From Eledone cirrhosa (Eukaryota): DNA of 64,000 nucleotides. Location: assembly GCA_964016885.1 (NCBI GenBank), contig OZ024755.1, positions 16,802,001 through 16,866,000 on the forward strand, given 5' to 3'. The notes beneath the pieces were generated by a model. It did not search any database, had not been told where the DNA came from, and saw nothing but the letters and a program-made list of their open reading frames with translations. A program made the translations under genes and the position numbers. Each line of letters begins with the position of its first letter. Position 1 is the first letter of the stretch. Of the stretch, positions 12,485 through 26,037 are shown piece by piece.

Positions 12485-14556
12485 AGCATCTTTTATTGTG
12501 TGGAATCAACTTTTAATAATTAGGGAAAAAAAAAAATCTAAGAAGGATTTGAACTCAAAATGTAATAGAAGAAAGTAAATAGTGTTCAGGAAGGAATTTG
12601 AATACACTATCTTATGAGCTCTGCATACTCCACTGTCATAAAGTATAGGGTTGTGGTGAGGTGACACTGTAGATAAGTGTAAGTGTACATGTGTAAATAT
12701 GTGCAAGTGTGGATGTGTAAATAATATAGGTGTGTAAATGAGTGTAAGTGTACATGTACGAGCATGTGCAAGTGTAGATGTATAAATATGTGTACATGTG
12801 TAAATAAGTGTAAGTGTAGATAAGTGTACATGTGTAAGTGTAAGTGTACATCTATAAGTGTACATATGCATTTAACTTTTCATCTTTAAAACTCTTTCAC
12901 TAGATACTTTTGTGCTTTTACTGTCATTAAACTGTGGCCATGCTGGGGCACTGCCATAAAAGGGATTTAATTGATTATATTGACCAAAGTATTTAATTTG
13001 ATATTTGTTTTCTTGAACTCTTTTTTTTGTTATGCCATAAAGCTACAGGACATAAACCCAGATATAGACACAGAGACAACATACACACATGCACACACAC
13101 ATATTCACATACACACACATTCTCTCTCTCTCACACACCCACACAGAACAGATTCACTCACTCACTCACTCTCCACCTTTTCTATCCTCCCATCTCCCCG
13201 CCTTGCTCCCTCCCTCTCTCTCTCTTCAACAGCTTCTACCAACCATACTTCACTCATAGGACATTGGTACATATATATTATTACTTCTCCTCCTCTTGTT
13301 GCTGCCAATAAATTGGTTTCTTTGGCCTAGAAACTGAAACTGTTGATCCTGTGGTTCATAAGTTCAGTCTTATGAATAATAGTCATATCTTATGACTTGA
13401 TTTACAGAAAAGAAAGTCTTATCTGCCAGTAGATTTCTATATTTATTATATTGTAACCTAATACATTGTTTGAAAGAGAGACCACCATCACTTCCTCCAC
13501 CATCTACCACTGCTGCCACCACAACCACCACCTCAACCACAACCACCATTACCATCTCACATAATGACCAATGTAATATATTCTTCTGTTTAATAGCAAT
13601 TAAAAACACTTTTTTCTATTATAAAAACAATTTACATAAATCAGGAGGAGTGCATCCCATCTGAGAAAGATTGGGGGGATTGGCTGATGTAACGGGTATC
13701 ACTGGCTGTTCTCTTTGACAATGCTTTCACCAGCTTATCTGCAGGGCATAGCTGAGATATATACTGACTAGCCATGGGTGTACAGCCTACCCTTTCACCC
13801 TCCCCTTTTTCTCATTACGTTTTTGTTTTTTTTTCACTCTTCTTTGTTATAGGGTTGTTCACGAAATAGTTGTCATTAAACAGATATAATTTGTCAATAA
13901 ATAAATAGAATGTATGTGTCAAATACTTTGTTGTTTATTTTGGTCACATTGACATAGGAAAATATTGCAAAAAAGGTTTATTGAAACCTGTAAAGTAAAC
14001 TGTAGAGATAAGCTAGTCATTATATTGATGTTTTAAGACTTTGCATGTACAAGATTAACCCTGGTTTTATCTCTATTTGAATGCATCCCAGTTTTTAGAA
14101 TAAGTATTCTACATCTCTATAGGTGATGAATTGGCAGAGCTGTTAGAATGTCGAATAGAATGCTTCGTGGTATTTGTTTTGATTTGCTGCACTCTGAGTT
14201 CAAATCCCACTGAAGTCAACTTTGCCGTTCATCTTTTCAAGGAAAGGAAGGAAGCAAGCTGATTGTTAGATTGAACTCTAGGAAACTGTCTTCATTTATC
14301 TTTTTCATTGCTGATAATATCTTGTTCGAGGACATAACACATCACTTGGAATCAAACTCGCAACCTCATGATTGCGAATCTAATGTTCTACCCTCTAAGC
14401 TATGTACCTTCTCTATCTTTATATATTACTTATAATAAATATGATGATGGTGATGGTGGTCATGATAACGGTGGTCTTAAATTATTTTACCTGGATTAAA
14501 TTATCATCAAAGTTATTCATTAAGATTAATTAGTTATTTTATATATATTTTTTCAG

Positions 14557-14660
14557 AATCTTCCAGTAACTCGAATTGTTGATGCTTTGATGGAAATGAA
14601 ATCTTTACCAGAAATTGAAGATTTCCGATATTTTGATCCCAAGTTATTGCGAGGTGATGG
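14557..14660 (+). CDS. SCFD1: SCFD1 internal exon
   Basis: tttcag| NLPVTRIVDALMEMKSLPEIEDFRYFDPKLLRGD |gtaagt. Phase 0 start fits the previous exon. Confidence 0.95.
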
Positions 14661-15333
14661 GTAAGTATTTCTAGAACTTCAAAGAAACCAAAGTTTGTTA
14701 ACCCCTTTTAATACCAACCCATCTGATACTGTCCCTGCTTCCACCATATAAGGAAGGAAGTTGATTGGCAAGAGTAGGGTCGACCTTGTTAAATTGGACA
14801 AAGAAAATTACTGGTACTATCTACCAGCTGCAACTCCTGAAACAAAGTGTCTTGCACAAGGACATAATGCATAACTCTATCTGGGAATCAAACTCGTAAC
14901 CTTATGATTGTGAATCCAAATCCCTAACATGTCTGTCATATAAAGCTGTTTGTTTTAAAGTGTTTATATTTACCTAAAAACCTCCCATCATTATTTTATG
15001 TAAGAACTTTTAATAAAATATTGAGAAAGTTATATTACTTAATTCCTTCAAATTTTTAATACTCAAAATTAATTGAAACTTCCTAAATCAGAGATTATCT
15101 CAGAATGGAAAAATTGAGATGCTGTTTGGTCTCTTGCTATCCTCTCAGTTTAACTCCCACATCAGCTATGTTCTAACCTGGAAAGGGATGGCCTTTGCCA
15201 GGTTTAAATGCTCAAGGCATGCCATATATAATGACGGTACCCCTACTATTCTATCTGGAATTAAGGGTCCACTGATGGATGGACTAAATGTATAAAACAG
15301 ATGTATTGATATCATGTTTTCTTTATATTTCAG

Positions 15334-15370
15334 TTCTGCCGTTGCCAGAAATAAATCTCCATTCCAAGAG
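15334..15370 (+). CDS. SCFD1: SCFD1 internal exon (37 nt)
   Basis: tttcag| (G)SAVARNKSPFQE |gtaaaa. Phase fits; matches the SCFD1 RNKNPFQE motif. Confidence 0.92.
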
Positions 15371-15490
15371 GTAAAAACACACAACTTTACTAAATCAAAT
15401 TTTAACCATTGAAATTATCATGTTGTCTATCATTTTCACTGAATAGACACCAACCTTTTCTGTTTTCTAAAATGTCTTTTTTTTTTTCAG

Positions 15491-15556
15491 GCCTATGTTT
15501 TCATTGTTGGTGGAGGGAATTATATAGAGTACCAAAATCTACAAGACTATGTCAAA
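15491..15556 (+). CDS. SCFD1: SCFD1 internal exon
   Basis: tttcag| AYVFIVGGGNYIEYQNLQDYVK |gtaaga. Conserved Sly1 motif VGGGNYIEYQNL. Confidence 0.96.
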
Positions 15557-17471
15557 GTAAGACTATATTATTTGTTATATTTTAAAAATAAAAGCTTAGC
15601 TGGGTTTATATTATTTTTTATAAGGAATTGATCAAGGTCTCAGACCTTGGTGTTTCAGTACATAACTTACATAAAATGGTGACGAAAGGTTTTTTTAGAT
15701 AAATATAAATATTTTTGAATAAGCAGGGATGGTTTCAAGTGGTGTGGTATCACACACCATGTTGTGCATCACTGATAGAGGACAACCAAATCTAAACTGA
15801 CTAAGAATGTATCATAGAGGGAAATAGATCAACAAGATCCCAGACCTCATTCGCTTACCGAGTGGGGTAGAACTCGTCAAATTGGGCCAAGTAAACAATG
15901 TTTCCATTGGTCTTTCCATTGCTGATATTATCTACTAGTTGCAACTCCTGGCAGAAAGAACAACATGAAATAAAGTGTCTTGCTTAAGGACATAATGCAC
16001 CGCCCGGTCTAGGAATCAAACTCACAACCTCACGATTGCGAATCCAATTCTTTAACCACTAAGCCATGTGCCTTCACTATATAAGTGTCTATTATTTGCA
16101 TAAAGAATAAAGAATTTGAATTTAATTATTTAAAAAAAAATATATATTTTCGTCTGTATCACATTTAGGTTTTATAAATAGTCATGGATACGTTTCTTTT
16201 TTTTTTTTTACTAGTTTCAATCTTTTGGATGTAACATTATTTTATGTTTGTGTCTACCGATATATTTAATTTCTATTTTTTGTTTATATACATACAATAC
16301 ATAGATATATATATACATGTGTATATGTGTATATATTTGAGCATGTGTGTGTATGTGTATGTATTTGTGCGTGGATGTATATGTGTATATATTTATGTGT
16401 ATGTATTTATGTGTGTATGTGTATATATTAATGTGTGTGTATGTGTATATATTTATGTGTGTGTATGTGTATATATTTATGTGTGTGTATGTGTATATAT
16501 TAATGTGTGTGTATGTATATATTTGTGTGTGGGTGTGTATGTGTATATATTTGTGCATGGGTGTGTATGTGTATATAATTGTGTGTGTGGGTGAGTATGT
16601 GTAAATAAATTTATATATGTGTATATATATTTGTGTGTGCATGTATTTTTTTTTTGTGTATATATATATATATATATTGTGTGTGTGTGGGTATGTGTAG
16701 ATGTATTTATGTGTGTGTGTGTGTGTAGGTGTATATATATTTATGCGTATGTGAATATATAGGTTTGTGTGTGCATGTATGTGTATATATATTGTGTAGA
16801 TATATTTATGTGTGTGTGTAGGTTTATATATATTTATGCGTATGTGTAGGTTTATATATATTTATGCGTATGTGAATATATATATTTGTGTGTATGGGCA
16901 TATGTCTTTATATATATATAACCAGAAGCCATAGTCTGTATTTTTGCTATCTGTTTTGTAATGTAATGGTTGCCTTTTTATTTTATTGCTGCCAACTGTG
17001 CATTGTTCAGATTGAAAGCATAAAGAAATATGTTATATTATTGTAACTTTGCATAATATATTTTCTATATATTTCACAGACGCTAGTTATTCTTTATTTA
17101 AATCTAACTCAAATGTTTTTTTCTTCACTTCCTAGAATCTGCTTAATTATTTGAACTTCATTTTTTTCTTAATTCTTCACATCCTATACCACATGAAATC
17201 ACATAAACGAGACATTCTTGAAAAGAATCATACAAAACAACACTATGATTGCATCACATTAAAACATTAAAGTCTTAACTCTAATACTACAAATGTTCAC
17301 AATGTCTTCAAGTAAAGATATTATAAACATTTGAATTGTTAAACTGATTTTTAGATATTTTTTTTCCTTAAATTATTCCAGGATGTTCAAAGTTAAGTAA
17401 ATATATTAGGAAGTGAATTGGGCAGAAATGTTAGAATGTTGGACAAAAGGCATTGTGGTATATATTCTGGC

Positions 17472-17785
17472 CGAGAAAGATCCAGAACGCATCCTGGAAA
17501 AAACATGTAGCAAATAAATTGCTCTATGGTTCACATCCCTCAGCCTTCTGACATCACAAGGCATATGAGGGTCACATTAGCCAGACATGTGAAACGTCAC
17601 TATGAACCTGCTGACAGAATTCTTTTCTGGAAATCTGATGTGTGGAGACGAGTTGGGAAACCATCCATCACACTGAAGGATGTTCTTGAAGATGACACCA
17701 GGTTGGAAGCAGGGGAAATTCAGACAGCACTGCTGGACTGGAGGAACTTCATCATGGCACCAATAATGGATGTATAGAAGAAGAT
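17472..17785 (+). mobile_element. 5'-truncated RTE-like LINE inserted into a SINE-B copy
   Basis: RT C-terminal-like peptide RVTLARHVKRH.EPADRILFW..RRVGKP.ITLKDVLEDDT; (GAA) tail; 9-bp TSD TATTCTGGC at 17463-17471 and 17786-17794. Confidence 0.75.
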
Positions 17786-17937
17786 TATTCTGGCTCTTTG
17801 CATTAAGAGTTCAAAATCTACCAAGGTCAACTTTGTCTCGCTATCCATCAATCAATCAATCAATCCATCCATCGATCAGTCCCCATTCATGTATCTATCT
17901 ATTTGACTCCATTTTTAACTCCAACATTCTTTTCCAG

Positions 17938-18015
17938 TCAAAATCCAGTTCTATCCCTAAACGAATAGTGTATGGTTGCAGTGACGTAGTTAATGCTTCC
18001 CAGATGTTAAAACAG
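17938..18015 (+). CDS. SCFD1: SCFD1 penultimate coding exon
   Basis: ttttccag| SKSSSIPKRIVYGCSDVVNASQMLKQ |gtttgt. Matches the SM-protein C-terminal YGCS..NA.Q..KQ pattern. Confidence 0.92.
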
Positions 18016-18299
18016 GTTTGTAAAAACTATTACTTATTCTAATTCAGAGTTAGCTTCACAAACCAAGTGGATTGTGGTTCATTTCCACTGTTGTGACACC
18101 TTGACAAAGTGTCTTTTACTGTAACTTCAGCTTGGTCAATGCCTTCTGAAGTAAATTCAGTTGATGGAAACTGCAGAAACTGATCACGTGTGTGTGTGAG
18201 TGTGCATGCATGCACGTTTGTACGTGAGGATGTGTGTGTATCTGTGTTTATGGGCTATATTTAAATTTAATACTTAGATTTTATTTGTTTCAAATCTGT

Positions 18300-19125
18300 T
18301 TGAACATTGGACAAAATGTCTTGTGGTATTTAGTTATGGCTCTTTACATTCTGAGTTGAAATCCTGCTAGGGTTACCCTTGCCTTCCAATCTTCTGGGGT
18401 CAATAAAATAAACTACTAGTCAAGCACTGGTATTGATTTAATAGATGTTCTCCTCCCACCAACTTGTTGGCCTTGTGCCTAAATTAGATACTATTATTAT
18501 TACTAATTATTAATAATAATTGTTTCTACTTTTGGCACAAGGCCAGCAATTATCCCAGTGCATTACTGGTACTTTATTTTATCGATCCCCGTAAGGATGA
18601 AAGGCAAAGTTAATCCCGCCGAGGTTAACTTTGCCTTTCATCCTTACGGGGTCGATAAAATAAAGTACCAGTAATGCACTGGGATAATTGCTGGCCTTGT
18701 GCCAAAAGTAGAAACAATTATTATTACTAATTAATTGTTTCTACTATAGGCACAAGGCCAGCAATTACCCAGTGCATTACTGGTACTTTATTTTATCGAC
18801 CCTGTAAGGATGAAAGGCAAAGTCAACCTCGGTGTGATTTGAACTCAGATCGTAAAGGGACGTAACTATGCTGGAAAGCATGGCGTCCGACCCTCTACCG
18901 ATACTGCCAATCCACCGCCATTATTATTACTAATTAATGGTGGATTGGCAGTATTGGTAGAGGGTCGGACGCCATGCTTTGATGCATAGTTATGGCTCTT
19001 GCCATTCTGAGTTCAAATCCCGCCGAGGTTAACTTTGCCTCTCATCCTTATGGGATCGATAAAATAACGTACCAGTAATGTACTGGGTATTTGCTGGCCT
19101 TGTGCCAAAAGTAGAAACAATTATT
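18300..19125. mobile_element. Nest of five SINE family B copies in alternating orientation
   Basis: Shared core GAGGTTAACTTTGCCTTTCATCCTTACGGGGTCGATAAAATAAAGTACCAG and tail GGCCTTGTGCC..AGAAAC(AAT)n. Confidence 0.88.
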
Positions 19126-19393
19126 ACTAATGGTTTGCATTGGTAGTGGTTGTAATAGATATGGCTCTGTAAAAAAAATAAATATATACATATATACACA
19201 CATAATTAATTTGGTGTATGAAATGCAATTAAATGAGCATTAGATGTAAAGCTGGATGTTGGCAGGAAATACTGTAGCTTCAACTAAGACTTTTTTTGAC
19301 AGTTTTAAGTTTCATGAAGAAAAGTCTCTATTTCTGAGGACAGCTATAGTCTGATAATTATACCAGCACACTCCTTGAGGAAAACAAAGTGTG

Positions 19394-19428
<35 letters not shown>

Positions 19429-19753
19429 GTATATGTATGTATATCTATATGTATATATCTATATAAACCAGCCATATCTGGCCAGAATTCTCTCACCTCA
19501 TTCTGTTCAAACCAATTGTAATCGGCCGCTCATACTTATGTTAAGTTATTCTTCTCAAAATAAATAATATCAAAATCTCATAGGTTCGATATTATGTGTG
19601 ATCATTATGTGAGGTAAAGCCTTTAGCAGGAAAATATAATAGTATATATAGAGCAATGTAAATGCGAAAGGATTAAAGAGTTAATTGAAACAGTGTACTT
19701 TGTTAGAATTATGGTTCCAAAATGGTTAATGTATGTTTTATTCTGTTTTCCAG

Positions 19754-19780
19754 CTGACAGCTTTGGGCCAAGAAATGTAA
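19754..19780 (+). CDS. SCFD1: SCFD1 terminal coding exon with stop
   Basis: ttttccag| LTALGQEM*, compared with vertebrate LSQLGQK*. Confidence 0.85.
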   Translation: MTALGQEM

Positions 19781-20029
19781 AGTTAATGCTGTTAAGAAAA
19801 ACATGTTCCTCCAGATTGGTTATTTTTGATACTTTATCAGTGTCATCTTCACTTTGGGCTCTCTAAATACTTTGTAAACATCACTTCAAGAAAGAATCAA
19901 CCAAAATCTTTAATATATATAAATATATATAACTATATATATACCTGCTTTCGTCTCAAGCTGGCCCCTACTTCAGGACCAAGCACCTCCGATAGTTGGT
20001 TATCCTGGGCTGTTCCTTCTCTTTCTCAG

Positions 20030-20035
20030 AATAAA
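20030..20035 (+). terminator. Candidate SCFD1 polyadenylation signal
   Basis: AATAAA ~250 nt after the stop, followed by U-rich sequence. Confidence 0.5.
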
Positions 20036-20367
20036 ATAATTTAAAATATTTGAATTTCTTATTTTATTTGTCATTTATTTTTAAAATCTGATTTAACTTA
20101 CATCTCTCAGATGTTTTTTTTCTCTCTCTTTTCATTTTTCTTTCATTGGCATTATGTTATGCTTGTTATCTTCACTGCTTTTGTCTTGATTTCTACTCCA
20201 AGAATTACGGTCAGTGTCAATAGAAGGTTCTTTTTTGTTCACATGTATTCCTGAGAGAGTCGTAGTGGCAGAGTCTTCAGACACACCTTCCAGAGGGTGT
20301 CCACACTTACAGGTTGTCAGATGACCACATCTTACCTGTATGTTCAGTTTATATATATATATATATA

Positions 20368-20501
20368 CATTTTATTAAGGGTAAATAGTGACTCTTGTTA
20401 CTCTGGAGTAACTATTTATGGACTCACTATTTAGCCTTAATAAAATGAATATTTAAACTCAACTTCAGTATTGAGTACTCTTTTCTCTCTCAGACATCAA
20501 C

Positions 20502-20502
<1 letters not shown>
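20368..20502 (+). mobile_element. Third hairpin-headed, microsatellite-flanked element
   Basis: Inverted repeat CATTTTATTAAGG-TAAATAGTGA...TCACTATTTA-CCTTAATAAAATG, then TATTGAGTAC, between (TA)n and (TACA)n. Confidence 0.6.
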
Positions 20503-20533
<31 letters not shown>

Positions 20534-21741
20534 TATTTCACATTGCCCCAGTTTACATGGAGGCACATGGCTTAGTGGTTAGAGCACTCGAAAGGTTGTG
20601 AGTTCAATTCTCAGACTGGGTGATGTGTTGTTTCCTTGAGCAAGGCTTTTTATTTCACATTGCTCCAGTTTACTCAGCTGTAGAAATGAGATGATGGGGA
20701 CTGGGGTCCATATCATTCCACTGCAAAGTGGTCGTGGAGGTGCCACGGCAAAAAAGCACCCAGTACTCACTGTAAAGGAGGTTGGTGTTAGGAAGGGCAT
20801 CCAGCTGTAGAAATCAAGCCAGAATCAGTTCCCGTCCCACCCTTGGAAGCAGGGAAAAAGCGGACATAAAATGAAATGATGATGATGATGATTATATATA
20901 TATAATGTAACTATAACTTAAATGATACAGATGATATATATATATATATATATAGCAATTATGTTGTAGGAGAGTCATTTTAGTTATGAAAGAACACACA
21001 AAAACTGTTTCATTCACTTTATATATTTCTATAAAGTATTCTTTATCATGAATTGTCAAAAAATAGTCACACTTCTGTAAACTGGTCTCTAACACAATTC
21101 CACTGTACCTACTTTAGACACACATTCACACACACCTTTACACATACTCACATGCATCTGCACACCCACACGCACCTATATATATGAGTTCAAATCTGGC
21201 CAAGGTTTGCTTTGCCTTTCATCAATACAGGTTTGATAAAATAAAGTATCTGGAATCGATTTAATCAACTTTCCCACTCCCCCCAAAATTGTTGGTCTTG
21301 TGCCTGAATCAGAAGCCATTACTACTACTACTACTACACATGCTAGCCCGTAACCCATGCTAGCATGGAAGATGGACATAAGATGATGATGATGATACAT
21401 ACACACACACATACATAGATACATATATCATAGGCACCTCTATCTATTTTTACATCTCAAGGAGTACTTTACCAGATTTTCTCAACTATTATTTATAGTA
21501 ATTGGCTATTATTATGGTCATTTGTGTTGGGAGACTACATTTCAAATGTTCCAATTTTCCAAATGCTTCTTAAGTCAACCAACTGTTGACACTTCAAGCT
21601 ACTGGCGTTAAATCTTCTAAAAAGATGAAATTAGTGGTAAGCAGCTCTGAAGCGTAGGGGTTAACATACTGCCTGTCATCTGAGAGATATGAGGTATGTA
21701 TATACATATATATATATATATGTGTGTGTGTATGTGTATGG

Positions 21742-22028
21742 TATAGTCCCGTAACTCCTGATTGAGTCGTAGGGGCACCATATTGACATACGGCGATTCT
21801 TGGATATTTTAAGTCTGGCACAGCCCTTCCCTCTTCAGGCCTGAGTACAGCAAATTTCTTCCAGAGAGAGGAAGAATCGACCCCAGTACTAGACTGGTAC
21901 TTTTTTTTATCGACCTCGAAAGGATGAAAAGCAAAGTTGACCTCAGCAGGATTTGAACACAGAGAGCAGAAACGAATACTATAAAGCATTTTATCTGACG
22001 TTCTAGCGACTCTTCCAATTTGCCGCCA
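21742..22028 (-). mobile_element. SINE with family-B head and alternative tail; copies at 5150-5477 (-) and 9893-10200 (+)
   Basis: B head and core joined to CTCTCTGGAAGAAATTTGCTGTACTCAGGCCTG... Confidence 0.75.
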
Positions 22029-22096
22029 TAAATATATATATATTTTTTCCAATTCCATCCCTCCCGTCCCCTCAATCTATTTTATTTCTCATTCTT

Positions 22097-22132
22097 TCTT
22101 CTGATGAAGGACTCGCGTCCGAAACATTAAGA
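22097..22132 (+). ncRNA. Hammerhead motif, stem III mutated
   Basis: TCTT-CTGATGA-A-GGAC-tcgc-GTCC-GAAAC-aTT-AAGA. Confidence 0.65.
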
Positions 22133-23290
22133 CCCTCTTCCTGCTATATCAAGCGTTAACCTAATATATACCTTCCATATACTGTACCGATTGTGTTGTT
22201 ATTTCTGTTTACCTTTTACATACATATATACATATATACATATATTTTTTACGATCGACTTTCGTCAAATCGGACCGAGGAAACAATGTTTCCGTTGGTC
22301 TTTCCAATTGCTAGTACTATCTATCGGTCGCAACTCCAGGTAGATGGAGCAACGCGAAATAAAGTGTCTTGCTCAAGGACATAACGCATCGCCTGGTCCA
22401 GGAATTAAACTCACAACCTCACGATTGCGAATCCAATTCTCTAACCACTCAGCCACACGCCTTCACACACATATATATATATATATATATATGTATATGT
22501 ATGTATGTATGTGTGTGTGTTTAAAGGCTCTCATTTATATAATCCTCACTCCACCTATCCAGATAGGTAAAGCTCAAATATAAATACATTATTCAGCTTC
22601 CCTTGCTTTCCATTATATTATAATAACACTGGGTAGAGGCTGTTATGTGTATAAAGCTTTATATACAATAGTTATATATATGTATATATATATATATATT
22701 TATATAAACTATAGTGCACTGAATGCTCCATAGACAGATAGATGTCTGTATATATTCCAGATGGCACACGTATTAGCAGAGAAGGATACGTTGATAGATT
22801 TAACTTCTGGGTGTGTCTTCATTCAATTGCATTATGTCGATCTTCGAAACTGTGTCTCAGATTAGTCTCATATGTGATGGAGTAAAGCGGAAGACCTTGT
22901 GAAAACATCCACATTACACACCGCCATTTTACATTTTTTACGAATAGTTTCATGTACTGTTTATTTTAGTTTACTCTATCCGTTTATAAACAATCCCTTG
23001 TTCACATATTGGTTTCTAATCCAGATACAAGACCATCAATTTTGGGGTATGGAAAAGTCGATTAAATAGGGTCCAATACGTTACTGGTACTATAATTTAT
23101 CCACCCCGTAAGGATGAAAGATAACGCTAACCTCGGCGGGATTTGAATTCAGAACGTAGAGGTCCATAACTATATGTTGTAAAGCATGTCCGACACTACT
23201 GATACTACCAATCTACCGCTTTAGTCCCTTTTCATATTGACTTTATACACACTACTTTATGCCTTGCTAATCTCTCTCTATATATATATA

Positions 23291-23638
23291 CAGTTGTCCC
23301 CCGGTATTCGCGGAGATTTCCTTCCTAGAGCACCCGCGAATATTGGACGTGGTCCATAAAAATGCTTATAAACGTCAAAATATAACGTAAAGTATAATAA
23401 AAAAAAAGAGGGAGCGTTTTATGCGAAGGGGTGTCCAATAGACCGGCAAATACGGTATACTGTTATTAATAATTTATCGCTAAAAATATATATAAATTGC
23501 CACGAAAAAAGCCATTAAAAAATCGCGGAAGATATTTACGATTCCGGGAATATGCAGTGGTTTCCACAGACAATTATTAGTTAGGTTCTAAGGAAAATTC
23601 CACGAATAACCGGGGCCGCGAATGCCGCGGGTACACTG
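23291..23638. mobile_element. Tc1/pogo (Tigger-like) MITE
   Basis: TA|CAGTTGTCCCCCGGTATTCGCGG...CCGCGAATGCCGCGGGTACACTG|TA. Confidence 0.72.
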
Positions 23639-24396
23639 TATACTTTTGATGGTTTAGGTTGTGGATATCTACGTATTTTTATGAGAGTCGGCTGAAAAGT
23701 TCATAGGCGCTATTTTCCCTTGTTCACACTTTTGTCCACTAGTGAAAATACTGTAAACATTTGAATGAAGAAACTTATTTTTTATTTAGATATTTTCTGC
23801 CGAACTATTACAGGATGCTGAGAGTTAAAACACTTCACAACATCACGTACGTTATCAGAAAGTTTCTATTTATGTTGGTCCTCTTGGATTGGTCACAATA
23901 TTGCTACAATCTGTTTCTAAATGTAAATGTCACGTTTTTTTTCTTATGTCAGCAAAGCACCTTCAAAAACCAAACAACACTATTGTCAAACTGTAAAGTA
24001 TGACGTGTCTGTGGTATAGGTATGTGAAAAATTCTAAGCATACCTATAAATAAATCTTCAATGACCGTCAAATAATTCTGGATGTCCTAATCTAAAAGTA
24101 TGGCTCAATAGACGTTTTTATTTTGTAATAGTGAAATAGGGTGTGTGAGAGAAAGAGAGAGGGAGAGAGAGAGTGTGTATGTGTGTGTAAGAAAGAACTT
24201 CTAGGTAATAAAGGAGGTAAATTGAGAACCATTACATGATGTGATGGTTTTTGCAGATTTAGTGTGAAATGGAATTTGGAGGATGTAGGGATGAGAAACA
24301 AGTGCAAGAAGTGTAGAAAAGAAACAGTGATAGAAAATATGAGAAAAATATTCGAAAGAAAACCATATTAATGAATAAGGGAATCATTGTTTGTTC

Positions 24397-24900
24397 AGCC
24401 CTTTTGATACCAACCTGCCTGATTCTGCTCATGGAATTACGATGAAAGACTTTGTTTCAAAGTGCTTATATTTATCTTAAATCTGTAAATTCGTTCACCA
24501 TAATTTTATGTAAGGATCTTTGTTAAGTTATATTCCAAACGCCAGGTTAATAATGGTTTCTGATTTAGGTACTAGGCTGACAATTTTTATTTTTATTTTT
24601 ATTTTTTTTATTTTTTGAGAGGAAAGGAAAGTCGATTAAATCGACCCCATTGCGTTATTGGTACTTTATTTTAAAGACCACGTAAAGATGAAAAGCCGAA
24701 CTAACATCGGCGGGATTTCGATACCAACCTTCCTACTACTGCCCATGAAACTATGATGGAAAACTGTTTGTTTAAATTGTTTATATTTATCTAAAAATCC
24801 GTTCACAATAACTTCATGTAGGAACCTTTATTAAGTTATATTCCAAACTTAATAATGAAAAAGTTAGTTATATTACTAAATCCTTTCAAATTCTCGATTA
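24397..24900 (+). mobile_element. Second TTAA/CCC-ended MITE family, nested pieces; relatives at 690-930, 1680-1891, 14698-15080, 25106-25177
   Basis: Shared CCCTTTTGATACCAACC... and ...TATGGTAACAAAAGGGTTAA termini and internal sequence. Confidence 0.55.
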
Positions 24901-25634
24901 AGGTGCAGAATCTGTCACCTTCTCCCTTTCTCCCTTTCGTTGCCTAATGATTCTTGCCCGTTTCCATCCCTTTTCTCTCATAGTATTTGTAGTCCTTTCC
25001 AATACTACTTTCTTATTCTATATGTTTAACTAAATATTAAATTCTTTATTATTTTTATGTAATTTTATCCTAGAAATATATTTCAGTAATTTGAAATAAA
25101 ATAATTTAACCCTTTAAAAGTTATTTGAAACATATAGGCAGTGTCGTTTTATTAGTAATATGGTAACAAAAGGGTTAATAACCAATAGCTTTGTCCTAGT
25201 GTGCAGAGAATATGTGGTAGGATGAAGGGTTGAGAGGTTGAGTGAGTGGGGGAGAGGGTTCTTTATCCCAAGAGCAACCAATGGGCTTCTCACTTTCATT
25301 GTTTATCTTTCGTCTGACTCAGATAAATGATGTCAGGAGAGGGGATGTTTTCTGTGCCGTTCCTGTAGACACCTACACATCAAAAATATTGGCCGATATA
25401 TAATATCTGACTGTTTCTCTCGCTATATATATTACTATCTCTTTTATTCTTCCATTCTTTTTCTAGTTTTCTTTTCTTCTTCTTCCTCATCCCCCCCCTC
25501 TATATATATATGTATATATATATGTATGTATATAAACATACACACACATATATGTGTTTGTGTGTGTATGTGTATATACATATGTGTATATACATATATA
25601 TGCACATATATATATACATATATATGTACATATA

Positions 25635-25754
<120 letters not shown>

Positions 25755-26037
25755 TTTTCTCAATGGACACCCCACTCCCAAATGACATAATTATAACAAC
25801 ATTGCAGTTACATTTTCTGTTCGCATCTAATTTTTTCTTTCAAGCTTTCCGCGCGACTGTTTTAACATTTTTGCAGAATCTACGAAATGTTCTACTTACT
25901 GTATTTAGTTATCTTTTCATCCTGAGTTCAAATCCAGCCAGGGACAGTTTGGTCTTTCATGCCCCCAGGTATTTGATAAAATAAGAACTAGTAGCCTAGT
26001 AAGGGTTAGCATTGACCTATACAGGTTTTTTTTTTTT

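Noticed and set aside
12096-12516. Repeat-protein ORF (GVFYHGTSTTTLHCGL)n, or a CRISPR-like array
   Set aside because: Head-to-tail 48-bp units with no unique spacers, in an intron of a eukaryotic gene.
13680-13775. Possible intronic C/D snoRNA (TGGCTGATGT...CTGACTAGCCA)
   Set aside because: Box C is non-consensus, the terminal stem overlaps it, and no rRNA guide was recognised.
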